A DNA stretch of 59,569 nucleotides, filler included, from Squatina squatina (GCA_031763465.1; 4 parts of 4 records of this genome joined end to end with filler, not necessarily neighbours in it); one strand, 5' to 3'. Positions 1 through 11,770 are shown, counted from the whole stretch's first letter. Notes: generated by a model not told the origin, from the letters alone. Made by a program: numbers and translations.

Positions 1-3
1 TTT

Positions 4-351
4 TGTTATGTACTGAGAATGGGGTTTGACTTTATGTAATGTATCAGGAACTGGGTCGTGACTTTGCTCGGTACACCTACGGCAACCCCAGTGGGTGGAG
101 TATAAAGTCAGGTGATTCCTGGAAGCCCGCTCCTCCCTCTCTTCGGCTCTTCCTCCTGAGACTCCTGGAGCTCACCTGAGCCAGGAGCTCTGCTGGAGTC
201 AGAGCCGGGCTACTTGATGTGAAGTTGTATATAGACCCAGCCTAGACATCGTGTCGTCCAGAGCTGGAGCAACTGTTAACCAATACAGAGTTGTGTTAAG
301 CACTGTGTCGACTAAGTTATTCCAGCTCCACCCTGCACGCGATACATAAAA
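4..351 (+). mobile_element. Solo LTR, probably Gypsy/Ty3-type
   Basis: Starts TGTTATGTA (4-12) and ends TACATAAAA (343-351), an 8/9 terminal inverted repeat. TATAAA at 101-106. Flanks TTT (1-3) and GTTT (352-355) fit a 4-bp TSD cut by the window edge. Confidence 0.6.
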
Positions 352-510
352 GTTTTCGTCTCCCCACAAGTGGAAACTTCTTCTCTACGTTATCCTAACA
401 AACCCTTTCATAATCTTAAGGACATCTATTGAGATAACCCTCAGCATTTTCTTTTCTAGAGAAAAGAGCCCCAGCCTGTACAATCTTTTCCAATAGATAT
501 AGCCTATCAT
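352..510 (-). mobile_element. CR1 LINE 3' ORF2 fragment
   Basis: CTCAGCATTTTCTTTTCTAGAGAAAAGAGCCCCAGCCTGT reads RLGLFSLEKRKC in reverse, like the CR1 RLGLFSLE.RRLRGDLIE segment. Confidence 0.7.
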
Positions 511-2944
511 AGGTATTGCCTTTCCCAAGTGGTATTTAATGGTGATCAGTTAACCATTACTGCAACTCTTCACCATGTACTTGGCTAAAAACTTTACCAA
601 CCTCATCACATCAACTGAACTGTAGGTTGAATTGGTCCTCTGCAGGGCTTCCAGTCAGCAGCCACAGCAGTGTGTGGCAAGTGTTTACCGTTGCACAGCT
701 AAGATCCTCCAGCAGAAAATCAATGTAATAGCTTTTTCAGAGCTGCCACAAATGACAAAATGCTCACATTATCAGTTATATCTACAGTGTTTCCATTATT
801 ATTTCAGCAAGCTTCCTCACCATTGGTAATGCTCCCTTCATCTTTTCAAGCTTTTACACAGGCTTTCATTTTATTCCTCTTTTCTTTGCATTGAAAAAAA
901 AAGTATAGGGTGGATTCTGTTAAAGATTAGCTGGAACTAACTCCACTGAGGGTGCTGGCCCTGTGGAAGGGATAATTCAGTCTGTTAATTATATGGAACA
1001 ACTGATCAACTTATCTAACCTGAAAGGCAAGAATAGTTGTATCCAAAAGAAATGTACTGTAATATCAGGTGCCAAAAGGACTGCATGTCTGGATGAAACC
1101 GCTAGTCACCTTAGTAGAAAGGAGTAGGTGTAAACATGTAGTTCACAGGGAGTACTTCATTCAAGTTCGGTTTAATTCTGTCCTTTCCACCTAACTCAAA
1201 TAAAGAGCAAGACAATAAACCTTATGGCAATGCTCACTCATCGCTGATNNNNNNNNNNNNNNNNNNNNNNNNNNNNNNNNNNNNNNNNNNNNNNNNNNNN
1301 NNNNNNNNNNNNNNNNNNNNNNNNNNNNNNNNNNNNNNNNNNNNNNNNTACTCAGAAACTGATTGCTGTACACCAGTGAAAATAGTAAATGGTTCTTATT
1401 AGTTTTTTTGAAAGTCATTTCCAGTTATTTAAAATCAGATTACTCACAGGTGGTGGACTGGACACTCTTATTAAAAATGCTTCCTTTTTATGATAAACCC
1501 ATTTTCAGTTGTATTAATCAAACTGCACCTCTTAAATACATCAAGAAGTACTTTTTATTGCGAGGCAAAATAAGTAAACAATTCCATTCTAAAATGCTGT
1601 CCGATTGTACTGGTTCATGGAAGATTTTATTTTGTGAATATGCAAATGAGCTTGAGTGGAAACTTAAACCATAATTTCACTTCGGGAAAACAAATGCAAT
1701 TTTAAGTGCAATTTGCGCCCAGATTGCCAACTGCGCCCAAAGTGGAAACTGTATCCAGTATCATTTATCCTTATCTCTGTCTTTCCTTCATGTTCAGTTT
1801 TCGTTCAGTTACAGCACATACTTTATTTTTTATTTATTTCTCACAATTATTTTCCTTTTTCTCCGGAGACCATTACCATACAGGCATCTTCGTGGTTGGG
1901 CAAATTATGAAGCCTCGGGTGGAATTTGACAAATGTCCATGATTTCCTTCAGCCACCATCGGCAGTGCAGCTCTAAACATTGGCTTCATTGCAGAAAGGC
2001 AGGNNNNNNNNNNAAATACTTGTGGAAGCTGAGTGACTGCCGGAAGGATTGTCTTGAGCCACCACAAATTAATAGTTAAGGGACTTTATTAGCACTCAAA
2101 TTTGGCAGATAACAATCCGAGGTCATATCTGTAATCAGATTGAGCTGTTATCTGAAATTGGCAGTTGTTTCTTATAACAGTTTGCTTCTCAACAGTGAAA
2201 TCCAGTTATTCAAACAGAAATGCTGTAAATATTCATATTTGCCACTGACTGTTCAAACAGAGAAAAGTACTATGTTGAAAAATTGTTTTGCGAATAGGAG
2301 CTTTTTTGAATAGCAGTTATGAATCAAGCTGATTTTTCATGTGCCCATTGACTTTTCCGCCTAAATTTACTTTAATGCATGTATTAAAATATTGAATAAA
2401 GATTAACAGACATAATACTCTCTGCAAGCTAGTACACAGGGAGTTGTGTTTGCATATATGTTACTGGCTATTTGCATGGCCTCTGTGTAAAGTGCAACTG
2501 TGGATCTGAAAACTGAGCATAGATCAAATTCATACATATATTCATATCATGGCAATTCTGTGTCGGAACTTCAGGGGCATATGCATAAGCTATGGATACA
2601 CCAAGCACATCCTCTCACAGAGAAGAACATGAACACTAGGGAAAAACTAGAATTAGCATGATACAGCCAAATGATGATAAAGATAATGTAAATCGGTAAA
2701 CTGGGACTCGGCAGTGAAGAAGTGAAAGTGTTAGCAGTATGAAGGATTTATTTCAGTACAATTCACCCATTATGTTTAGGGCTAACTGAGATATTACATG
2801 GAGTATTTATTACTCTATGTCATTCTGAAAATAAACACAAGGGTAAGACTGTGGAAGTATTTCTTTTTTCAAAACAAAGTTGAAATGATTCTCACAAAAG
2901 TCCGTTATTCCTAATGTCACACACTCCTGAAGTTTGCAAAGATA

Positions 2945-3215
2945 TCTAGGGGGTCCAATGGGCGTTAGTGTCCGAACGCCCGCTGGTGGCGCCTGGAGGC
3001 AAAGTGGCTGAATGGGTGTGAGGCTGACGCTGGCGTCAAATGGGCGCTGGTTGCTGGACACTGGCGGTGTGGCATATGACGGCGGCAGGCCTCGATGACG
3101 TTATCAGCCTGCACGCCGCCAATTCTGTACTGCAACTCTGCAATTCGCCAGTGCCACCGTCGCAAAAAGTCAGCGAGCCAGGGGTATTAGTGAAGCGTCA
3201 CCAATAGAGCGACAT
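2945..3215. mobile_element. CpG-rich DNA-transposon subterminal fragment (Harbinger-like)
   Basis: Abrupt GC/CpG-rich block. Shares AAATGGGCG and ATGACGTYATCAG motifs with the minus strand of 6940-7210. Confidence 0.4.
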
Positions 3216-4014
3216 ATATCATGTCTTTGCATGCACCAATCAGGTGAACTTTTCAATACTTTGAATTCATTATGGGTGGTGCTTCAGCAGTGGATATGGA
3301 GCTGCATTGTCATCACATGATTTACCTTAGACNNNNNNNNNNNNNNNNNNNNNNNNNNNNNNNNNNNNNNNNNNNNNNNNNNNNNNNNNNNNNNNNNNNN
3401 NNNNNNNNNNNNNNNNNNNNNNNNNNNNNNNNGGATAAGAATTTTAAATGACGTATTGTAGGTCAGTGAGGACTGTTAGTTACACATTCTTGTAACTGAG
3501 AGAAACCCTAAAAGCAGAGAAACATGTTGTTTGGTTTTTGATACAAATTTCAGTTTGTCATAGACATCTTGGATTCAGTAGTGTCAGTCGCTTCCGTAAG
3601 CACATCGTACATCTCTTATGCTCCAAAGTTGACTTGTACTTCCCAGTATTTCCATATACCACAGTGTAACCTGTGAATGTAACAATGTGTTCCCCATAAC
3701 ATACTGTCTCTTGTGCACATATCCTCATGTCTGCTTCTCCAGTCATTACGCTTTAAGGAGATGAGGCCAGAACAAAGAATTGTTTTATTTCTCAAACAAG
3801 TGAACACACAGAGCTATAGTTCTAATCAGTCTCACTTAATGCAATCAGTACAACTTGTCTTTGCATAATAATGTAAAATAATGAACACTTTCCTAGATCA
3901 GTGAGTCATCTTGCTTGATTTAAGTAAAATAATTCTAATTATCTTTCAGCATCCTGTTGTTCTTAGGCTGGCCAAATTGTTCCCTGGCAGCTTTCTGTCT
4001 AAGCACCTGACTCA

Positions 4015-4424
4015 TGGCCTGATTTTAAACAGGAGTGGGAATCGGGAGGGTGCGTCCGGGGGAAGGGGGAGCAGGTGATGGCACTGCTGGCTGGGGTGGG
4101 GTGTAAGGAGAGTTAAATTTGCTGTTAAAATGTTTCTCGCTCTATTTTATCTTCCTCTCTTCACTAATGGGGATGACCTGGCGCATCATGTGGTAGCCAG
4201 GATATACAGCATCAAGTGAAGTAAATCTGGCCAGAGTGAGGCCATCTCTGGCCTCCCAGGCAGCAATGTGGTCGGGTGTTGATGCCCTCTGACCTGTGCA
4301 GCATCACTTGATTGAGGAGAAGGTTGGTGTTGTTGTTGTTGGTGCTGCTAGTGTACCTGGTCCTCCTGCTGTTTGGGCTTATCGTGGTGGGATTCTGAGA
4401 AATGAGGTGAGAGAGTGTAAACGG
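4015..4424 (-). mobile_element. Degraded Harbinger fragment (terminus plus transposase C-terminal remnant)
   Basis: GGCCTGATTTTAA terminus-like start. Minus strand ~4215-4270 reads AWEARDGLTLARFT, like the A.EARD.LI..RF end of HARBI1-type transposases. Confidence 0.35.
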
Positions 4425-4524
4425 NNNNNNNNNNNNNNNNNNNNNNNNNNNNNNNNNNNNNNNNNNNNNNNNNNNNNNNNNNNNNNNNNNNNNNNNNNNN
4501 NNNNNNNNNNNNNNNNNNNNNNNN

Positions 4525-4613
4525 CAACTAGATGCACAGTTTCAGTTCTAGCTATATCTAATTTTCTTCCAGTAAGAGGATCACACATGACAAGGTGAGG
4601 TAAAGCATCAATA
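4525..4613 (+). repeat. ~90-bp dispersed direct repeat, copy 1
   Basis: CAACTAGATGCACAG...GAGGATCACACATGACAAGGTGAGGTAAAGCA is repeated at 5446-5538 with a few substitutions and a 4-bp indel. Confidence 0.9.
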
Positions 4614-4810
4614 TAATTGCCCTTGAGAATGTGGAGGTCAGCTGCCTTCTTGACCTGCTGCAGTCTGCGTGGTGAAGGTGCTCCCACAGTTGTTGTTCGG
4701 TAGACAGTTCCACAATCGTGACCCAGTGACGATGAAGAAACGGCGACGTATCTCCACGTCGGGATGGTGTGCGACCTAAAGGGAAACTTGGGAGTGATGA
4801 TGTTCCCATG
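4614..4810 (-). mobile_element. LINE ORF2 C-terminus / 3' end (CR1/L2-group shark family)
   Basis: Reverse frame reads ...GAPSPRRLQQVKKAADLHILKGN, matching a recalled shark LINE ORF2 end (WNSLP...LQRFKKAAHHHLLKGN). Confidence 0.7.
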
Positions 4811-5445
4811 AAGATGTCTTTACATATTTCATACCAGTGAACCAGCACATTTTGTTGTCTGACACATATAATACAGATTTTCCAAGCAGTATATACACTC
4901 TCCAGGCCAATAAAATAGAAAAGGAATGTACTAAATGTGTAGTGCACGAACATGTTGCTATGGAAATGGCAAAAAGTGAAAAATTAAACTTTTAGTAGTA
5001 CAGAACTCTAATTAAAAAAAAGTTGATATCGTGACAAAACCAAGATCTATTGCTTTTGACAGCATTTCACTTTCCTGGCTGCATGCATTGCCTTTAATCA
5101 CATCTTTTGCTGAATAAAAATAAATCCCTTCTGCCAAATCCCAAAGACCCCCGCAGCTCATAAATGAGACGGGTTCATCAGTTTTGCTTCTGTGCTCTTT
5201 GATTTTTGACGTAATGAGCAAATCAGAAGTCAGATGTATTTATGAAGGAATACAAGCAGAAACATCTACTGCTGCAATATAAATCCCTTCAAAAGCAGAT
5301 GTGATACAAATTATGTTAAATATGCTTGCTTAAAATCCAATTAGTCCTGTGTACATTTTTTCAAAAAAGTAATGGCCCTGCAGCAAAATCTTCTATTTTT
5401 TCATTTGTCATTGCAAATTAAAGTCCTTTGCTGGTTGTCAAAGCC

Positions 5446-5538
5446 CAACTAGATGCACAGTCAGTTTCAGTTCCAACCATATCTAATTTTCTCCCATTAA
5501 GAGGATCACACATGTCAAGGTGAGGTAAAGCACCAATA
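5446..5538 (+). repeat. ~90-bp dispersed direct repeat, copy 2
   Basis: Aligns directly with 4525-4613. Confidence 0.9.
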
Positions 5539-5841
5539 CAGTGTAATGCATGGTTAACATGTAACAGGATTCACATCGGGCGGGGAAATTCAACTTCTGG
5601 CCAAAGCAGGTGCGAAGTAGATGTGCCGACTGCTGCGCTCACCCAGTGATGGGAGCGAGAGGCACTGACCAAATATAGCCTTGTGCCCTATGCGACTATG
5701 ATGAGCCAGCGGTTAGCAATACTTACTCTGGCAAGCCTGCCCATTGAGGGAGGCAGGAAATCAGGTGGCAGTGAAACCATTTAAAGGCAGCCTGCACCTC
5801 TTACACGGCATTGCATGTATTGCATGTTTCTGTGCTTGAAA

Positions 5842-6052
5842 ATGGAGAATACGGCAAAGGCCCCAAGCTTTTTGGATAGTGTTCTGGAGGTCCTTTTGGA
5901 GAAATTTAGCAGAAGGAGTAGGATATGAAAAGACTGTTAAGGCAGATAACCTGGCAATAATGAGAAGAGGTGGCTAAGCAGGTGAGTGCAAGGAGCATAA
6001 TGCTCAGGTTCAATGTAGGAACAAGTTCAATAATGTAACTAGAGCTGTTAAG
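5842..6052 (+). pseudogene. Harbinger Myb/SANT-like DNA-binding protein, exon 1 (disrupted)
   Basis: MENTAKAPSFLDSVLEVLLEKFSRR...EEVAKQVSARSIM.R..QCRNKFNNVTRAVK followed by donor AAG|GTAAGA. Contains stops and frameshifts. Confidence 0.8.
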
Positions 6053-6308
6053 GTAAGACTCCTAATCATTCTACTCATTTTTTTCTCACAGCCTTCTTAG
6101 CCTGCACCACCTGTAGCCCCAGCACTCACAAGGCTCCCACCCCACTTACCATCACTCCCCTCCAACTACAGTATCACACATATCTGAACTGTCCCTTTCA
6201 CATACTCTNNNNNNNNNNNNNNNNNNNNNNNNNNNNNNNNNNNNNNNNNNNNNNNNNNNNNNNNNNNNNNNNNNNNNNNNNNNNNNNNNNNNNNNNNNNN
6301 NNNNNNNN

Positions 6309-6843
6309 CTTCGTTGATTTATCAGAGGGCAGCGTAATGAGAGACATTACAAATGTTAGCCGTGGCAATTTGATAGGTCCCGTTGGCATAAAAATTGAGG
6401 GCCATTGTATCTTTAACTGCCACAGAGAGAGTAGTGGAAGCCCTGGTGTGAGTCTGGAGGTCAGCCTGCAGGAGTTGGGACAGTTCCATTCTGACCTCCT
6501 TTTTGAAACGCAGTCTACGAATGCATTGCTCATCGGTCATCTGGAGGTAGCTGAAGTGGCGTCTGTAGACTCTGTGGGCATACCTCCTTCAAGGTCTCCT
6601 TGCCCTCCGCCCTCTAGCAGAATGCTGTAATGGTCTGGGCTGTGCCACCAGTGGTACAGAAGACTCTGGGATGTCAGGTGGTTGTTGGGCGTGGTTATTC
6701 TCAGGAGCTGGTGCTGCCTCACCCCTAGCCTCATTTGCCTGTGCCCTCCTTGCTCTCTGCTGGTTTCTGATATATCTTCTGTGCCTGAGCTATCTCTTGT
6801 GATGTCATTGGATTTCCCAGTTCACCGCTGGTGCAGCACCCAT
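6309..6843 (-). pseudogene. HARBI1-like Harbinger transposase, N-terminal part (disrupted)
   Basis: RRYAHRVYRRHFSYLQMTDEQCIRRLRFKKEVRMELSQLLQADLQTHTRASTTLSVAVKDTMALNFYANGTYQIATANICNVSH is the typical Harbinger/HARBI1 N-terminal HTH region. In-frame stops. Confidence 0.85.
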
Positions 6844-8505
6844 GGCTGATTTCTCTTATTTTTTTTCATGTAAAAAATCCTCAGGAAACAGCGAATCAAA
6901 GTCTGCAGAGTCTTTATGTGAGCCGGGAAAGTGTGAAAATCTGCGATATAAGCGTCACCAAGGCAAGATACAAGCTGAAAATGGCACGCACTCACAGACC
7001 TTGAAGTAGCGCTGCTAATCATTGGATTGAGGGTGTCAATGCTCCGAAAAATAGGCGTTGACACCGCTAATGTTAAGGTTCAGCAACTTCATCAAATTGT
7101 TGTGCGGGCAGCTATTTTGGGCATTGTGCCTACTGATGACGTCATTGATGCCATCTATCGCTGGACGCTGAGTTTCCAGCGCTAGAGGTGCAACGCCCAT
7201 TTAGTGCCAACGTTAACCGGGCCTGAATTTCCTATCACTAAAGTTAGCACCCAAAATCAGCGTTAGGCCGTTAACGCCGATCTAACACTACTTTAGCGCC
7301 AAAAAAAATAACGAGTTGGCCGTCCCCAGAGTTTAAAGACAAACTATACAGACATCTTCCTTTGATGTTGCTAAATGATGTTGCTACCATTTCATTTTTC
7401 TTCAAATATAGCTGGTAAATTGATAAATGCATATTGCTCGTGCAACATTCTTTGGGCCCAGCTGAAAAATATGCCTTTTGTTCTTTCTTTTTAAACCTTC
7501 AGCTAGAACTCTTTGTTGTCAGTATTAGCAGATGAATAATTACCCCAATCATGCCATGCCTATATTCACTGCTTTAACAGTCGTGTTAGCCTGTTTAAAG
7601 TAATGAATTTCTGTCTCTTATTTTCTTCTTTCTTCTTCAGGACTTTATACCATATTATTTCCATTGAATAACTATAGATTTGTCAGCAGGAAAGCTAAAG
7701 GAGAGGTGACATTTGAATGACCATATTGATTTAGTGCACTGAAAATAATGTTTTGTCGTGATGTTTTGCACCTGTGTCTTCAACTTGTTTCTGACTGTGG
7801 AGTCACAAATAGAGTTATTCCTGTGTTTAATTACTCAGTCGCACGCCACAAGCAGCACAGGCCACACCACTTCCCTGCTTTATAGAAAATCATTGCAAGA
7901 ATCCAGGAAACATTTATCTAACAAATCAAGGAGGACTGATTATATTGATAAAATAAGTTATGGAGACATGAAAGAGTGACCCTTCAGCAGAAAGAAATTG
8001 CTTTAATAAAACTATCCTTCCAGTTTATGAAGAAAAGATACTTCATGCTTCTAAATCACTTCAGAATCTTTTGGTGTAATGTGGTATTCCATGGATAATA
8101 CTGCCCATGACGGCTGTGTCATTCTGTAGAAAATTAATTAGCATCACTACCTATCACAGTCATAGTTTAAACACTTTTCATAATAAGAAATCTAAATGTC
8201 ACGATCTGATTCCATATTGTAAACAGAGAGCAAAATCCATTTTAATTAATGGAGATCTCAGATCAAATGTATTTTCTGCCCTTGAAAGGGGGAATATAAA
8301 TGTTACATTCGTGGCACTGTAAAAGTAGCTCTTAAAAATTTCATCATCTTCCAGAGAGACAGTGACCTTCGAGCTAATTGAAAGTCTGCATTCCAATAGC
8401 TTCAACAAAAATTAATTCAACCGATGTTACGTGGCTTACGGATCATTGAGAGTTTGTCTACAGATCAAGATATTTGAAATCACAAAGCAACTGAGTTATA
8501 CTCAC

Positions 8506-8540
8506 CTCATAACTAACGAGGTGCTGCAGTAAAGCCTAAC
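8506..8540 (-). other. Candidate micro-exon (35 nt, or 30 nt from an alternative acceptor)
   Basis: Minus strand catcttttttcag|GTTAGGCTTTACTGCAGCACCTCGTTAGTTATGAG|gtgagta. No homology recognised. Confidence 0.25.
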
Positions 8541-8744
8541 CTGAAAAAAGATGAAGCTCTTCTTTGGCCATTATAATTCATGCAAGTGGATGTAAAAGAA
8601 CCAAAGCCCTATCCTCAATCGGTGGCAAGAAATTTGATGAACACTGATGTTGAGCAAGTGTTCATAGACAATACTTGATAGTCCAAATGTCTATGTGGGT
8701 TTATGAATAAAATTCAAGTTTCATGGTCAGTTTGTACACTATTT

Positions 8745-9110
8745 TTTGGAGATACACCATCACACAACCTTACCATTGCAAGCACCATCACAACAATCAG
8801 CACCGCAGAGAGTTCAGAGAGTCAATTAGAGGGGTTTACACTGGGAGATTCACAGAGCAAAAGTGCACAGGAGCAAAGGCAGGGAAACAGGACAAGCCAG
8901 GGGACAACTCACTGGAAGAGAGGTTCACATCCTAGCCCTGCTGCAGAAGGCACAGAAGAATACCTTCAAGGCCCTGTCGATAGGAGAAGAATGATGGCTG
9001 TGCACCAACGAATGCTTGATTCTTTGGACTGCCTGCCAGGGAGCCTAGTCAGGGACTGAACAGCACTTTCAATGTGCTCAGAGGTAGTTTGTGCAGAAGC
9101 TGCTGGACAG
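8745..9110 (+). pseudogene. Harbinger Myb/SANT accessory protein, C-terminal exon remnant
   Basis: DTPSHNLTIAST...RRRMMAVHQRMLDSLDCLPGSL resembles recalled C-termini of shark Harbinger Myb-like proteins (RRRLMGMH.EMLGAL..LPESL). Confidence 0.55.
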
Positions 9111-9239
9111 AGATTGTCCTGCAGCTCCAAAAAGTAACTTGCAACTGGTCAACTATAGCAGTCAACACAGCCAGAAACATAGGCAAGAAAGCCCACTAGC
9201 AGGTACATTTCTAGATGGAGCTAGCGTTCCTTTAAATAA

Positions 9240-9281
9240 TACAAACAAAAAAAGCTGGAAAAACTCAGCAGGTCAGGCAGC
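9240..9281 (-). mobile_element. Penelope-like terminal repeat fragment
   Basis: GCTGGAAAAACTCAGCAGGTCAGGCAGC, same family as 20880-21011 and 41120-41350. Runs into a gap. Confidence 0.7.
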
Positions 9282-10314
9282 NNNNNNNNNNNNNNNNNNN
9301 NNNNNNNNNNNNNNNNNNNNNNNNNNNNNNNNNNNNNNNNNNNNNNNNNNNNNNNNNNNNNNNNNNNNNNNNNNNNNNNNNTGCTTTTAACATCAGCCAA
9401 TGTCTCACCAACAAAATTCATCTCAATGGTTTTAGATCTAGCAAACGGTATTCATCAAATCTCCACAGTGCTATTGTTTGAAGACTTCATGTTTTAATGA
9501 ACATGTGTGTAAATATTTAATGCATAGGGGAACAGCAGAACTGAACTGGAACTTGGAAATATGAGAGATTTGTGGAAATACTAAATCCAACACTTTATCC
9601 AAGACATAAATGCCTCACAAAAGTTTATTTGTTTTTTTTTCTTTTGCATAAATATTTATTTTGTAACCTACATTCTACTGGGAATCACTCCCCCAAAATG
9701 TGTCATAACATAACACAATTGGGCTAAAATATTATATTACGTGTTTGATTTTACAAGGTATCACAGAGCTGTATATTGTGTTTGACAGTAACTTTGAAAA
9801 TAATTGCTTTTGTGCATGTCAAAGGGACACAGCTAAAGTTCTGAGGAACGTGAGAACTTGAGATAAGATGGATGTTGAAATTACGTTCTTTTTCTTACAG
9901 AACTGTACTATGTATATAATGAGTCCCACTGCTAACACCTGNNNNNNNNNNCAAGATAATCCGTTAGCAGTCTGAGGAATACTGCTATTAGCCATCCGCT
10001 CAATATTTGCTTTGGCACGTACAGCACCAGGTCCACAGAAAACAAACAGTGCAGATCACTTTTACTGAACAGAAAAATGTACGCATGTTTTTTTTATTTC
10101 TATTTTTATTAAGTACTCCGGTAGATACTCTTAAGCCAGCTGTATGTTACATAGTTGCCAGTTAACCATTAACTAATATTGGGAATATTGAGAGTAACAA
10201 AAACAGTACTGGATNNNNNNNNNNNNNNNNNNNNNNNNNNNNNNNNNNNNNNNNNNNNNNNNNNNNNNNNNNNNNNNNNNNNNNNNNNNNNNNNNNNNNN
10301 NNNNNNNNNNNNNN

Positions 10315-10590
10315 AGGGGAAACTTCACTGAGGTATATAAAATATGAAGTGGTATATAGATACGGTAAACCCAGAGTTAAGATTTCAAAATAAACTTGTA
10401 CAATAATACAGGTGAAAAGTAAATTTCAAAAAGATCATTTGAACAACTGTGTCACAAAGTGCTAAAAGCTTCCCAAATGGGGTTGTACGGAAACAAATTT
10501 GAAGTGCAGCTGGATATTATAATGGGGCAGTTGAGGTACATGAGGAATGAACTTTAATCAGCCAATGCCTTGTCCATATTCTTAACTTTT
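10315..10590 (+). mobile_element. Old CR1 3' fragment
   Basis: AGGGGAAACTTCACTGAGGTATATAAAAT reads RGNFTEVYK (RGDLIEVYKI-like), followed by a degraded CR1 tail. Confidence 0.55.
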
Positions 10591-11312
10591 TCTTACATAT
10601 TTCTGTTTGCACTCAGCTTTCAATGGAAGTGACTCACTTCATCTCCTGCATGCTTCTTAATCAGTTAGCCCAGGCTGTGAAATGGAAGATTTACATCCTT
10701 TGCCCTTTCTTGTAGGAAATGCAAACTCTGTTTAGTGTATGAAGGACAGTGTAAAGTTAAAAAGGTAATAAAACATGCTTGATAATGAAAACATGCATTG
10801 ATATGGCTAATGACTTTACTGTTTAACATGCAGACGTGACATTAGTTCCAAATTCAAATCGATAATTTATTATCTCTACTGTGTAAGTGACCTTATGTGT
10901 GATTTAATATGCACACCTTTGATTGGAAATTAATGCAAACATGCATTGTCTGCATATCTACCCAGATGTCAACAATGATATATAAATGCAACATTTCAAG
11001 ATGTTTGTAGCATTTAAATTAACCATTACCCTACCAATTCTTAATTCTTACCATGTGTCTTGAAGGATTCTTGGATGACACAGATTTTACAGTTGCGAAC
11101 TTTTTATATCCACCTAATGGTAAACTGTTTTTTTTAAGTGTACATTTGAAAACTGTGCATATCTGATGCAGAAAATATCTCAAACAGAAATGACTAGATA
11201 TTTCTTTTGACANNNNNNNNNNNNNNNNNNNNNNNNNNNNNNNNNNNNNNNNNNNNNNNNNNNNNNNNNNNNNNNNNNNNNNNNNNNNNNNNNNNNNNNN
11301 NNNNNNNNNNNN

Positions 11313-11770
11313 CCACAAGGCAGCAGATCAACTCACCCACTGCTCTACGCGAGAACAGACTGCAGGTGGTCTGTAACCCGATCAACGCCCCTATCTGTTC
11401 TATCAACCTGTCTGCCTACACTGCTGGGCAGCTTTTTCAAGCTGGAGGAGATGGTGGAAGCCGAAGCCTGAATGGCTGCAGTTTGAGCTTCTATCAAAGC
11501 TGCCATCGCTGGTAACAAAGGCCCTCGCATTGCTCTGCAACTTCCACAGAGGAGACTGAACTCGCCATGGTAGACTGCAGAAAAGTAAATGCCTTACACC
11601 AGAACACTGCACATGCTGGAGGAGGACTCTGTACTCTCAGCCATGACTCGGCTGCTCCTTGGCAGGTTGTCCAATACATCCACTATTTGCTCCAGGTCCT
11701 TGTTGCATGCCTCTCGCTGATGAGGCCCAAAACCTATTTCTTCTGGGTACACCTCCAAATAGACACCTTC
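11313..11770 (-). pseudogene. Harbinger accessory protein coiled-coil remnant
   Basis: ...IVDVLDNLPRSSRVMAES...AMAALIEAQTAAIQASASTI...HLQSVLA resembles Harbinger Myb-protein C-termini. Stops present. Confidence 0.45.

Larger units (their letters stand above)
5577..7320. mobile_element. PIF/Harbinger DNA transposon fossil with convergent Myb/SANT and transposase genes (middle lost in a gap)
   Basis: Myb/SANT exon on +, HARBI1-like transposase on -, CpG-rich subterminal regions on both sides, N gap at 6209-6308. Confidence 0.75.

Noticed and set aside
1865-2003. Coding-looking stretch after a pyrimidine tract
   Set aside because: All plus-strand frames stop early and the minus-strand peptide is unrecognised.
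6309-6620. Domesticated HARBI1 gene
   Set aside because: In-frame stops and the transposon context indicate a fossil element.
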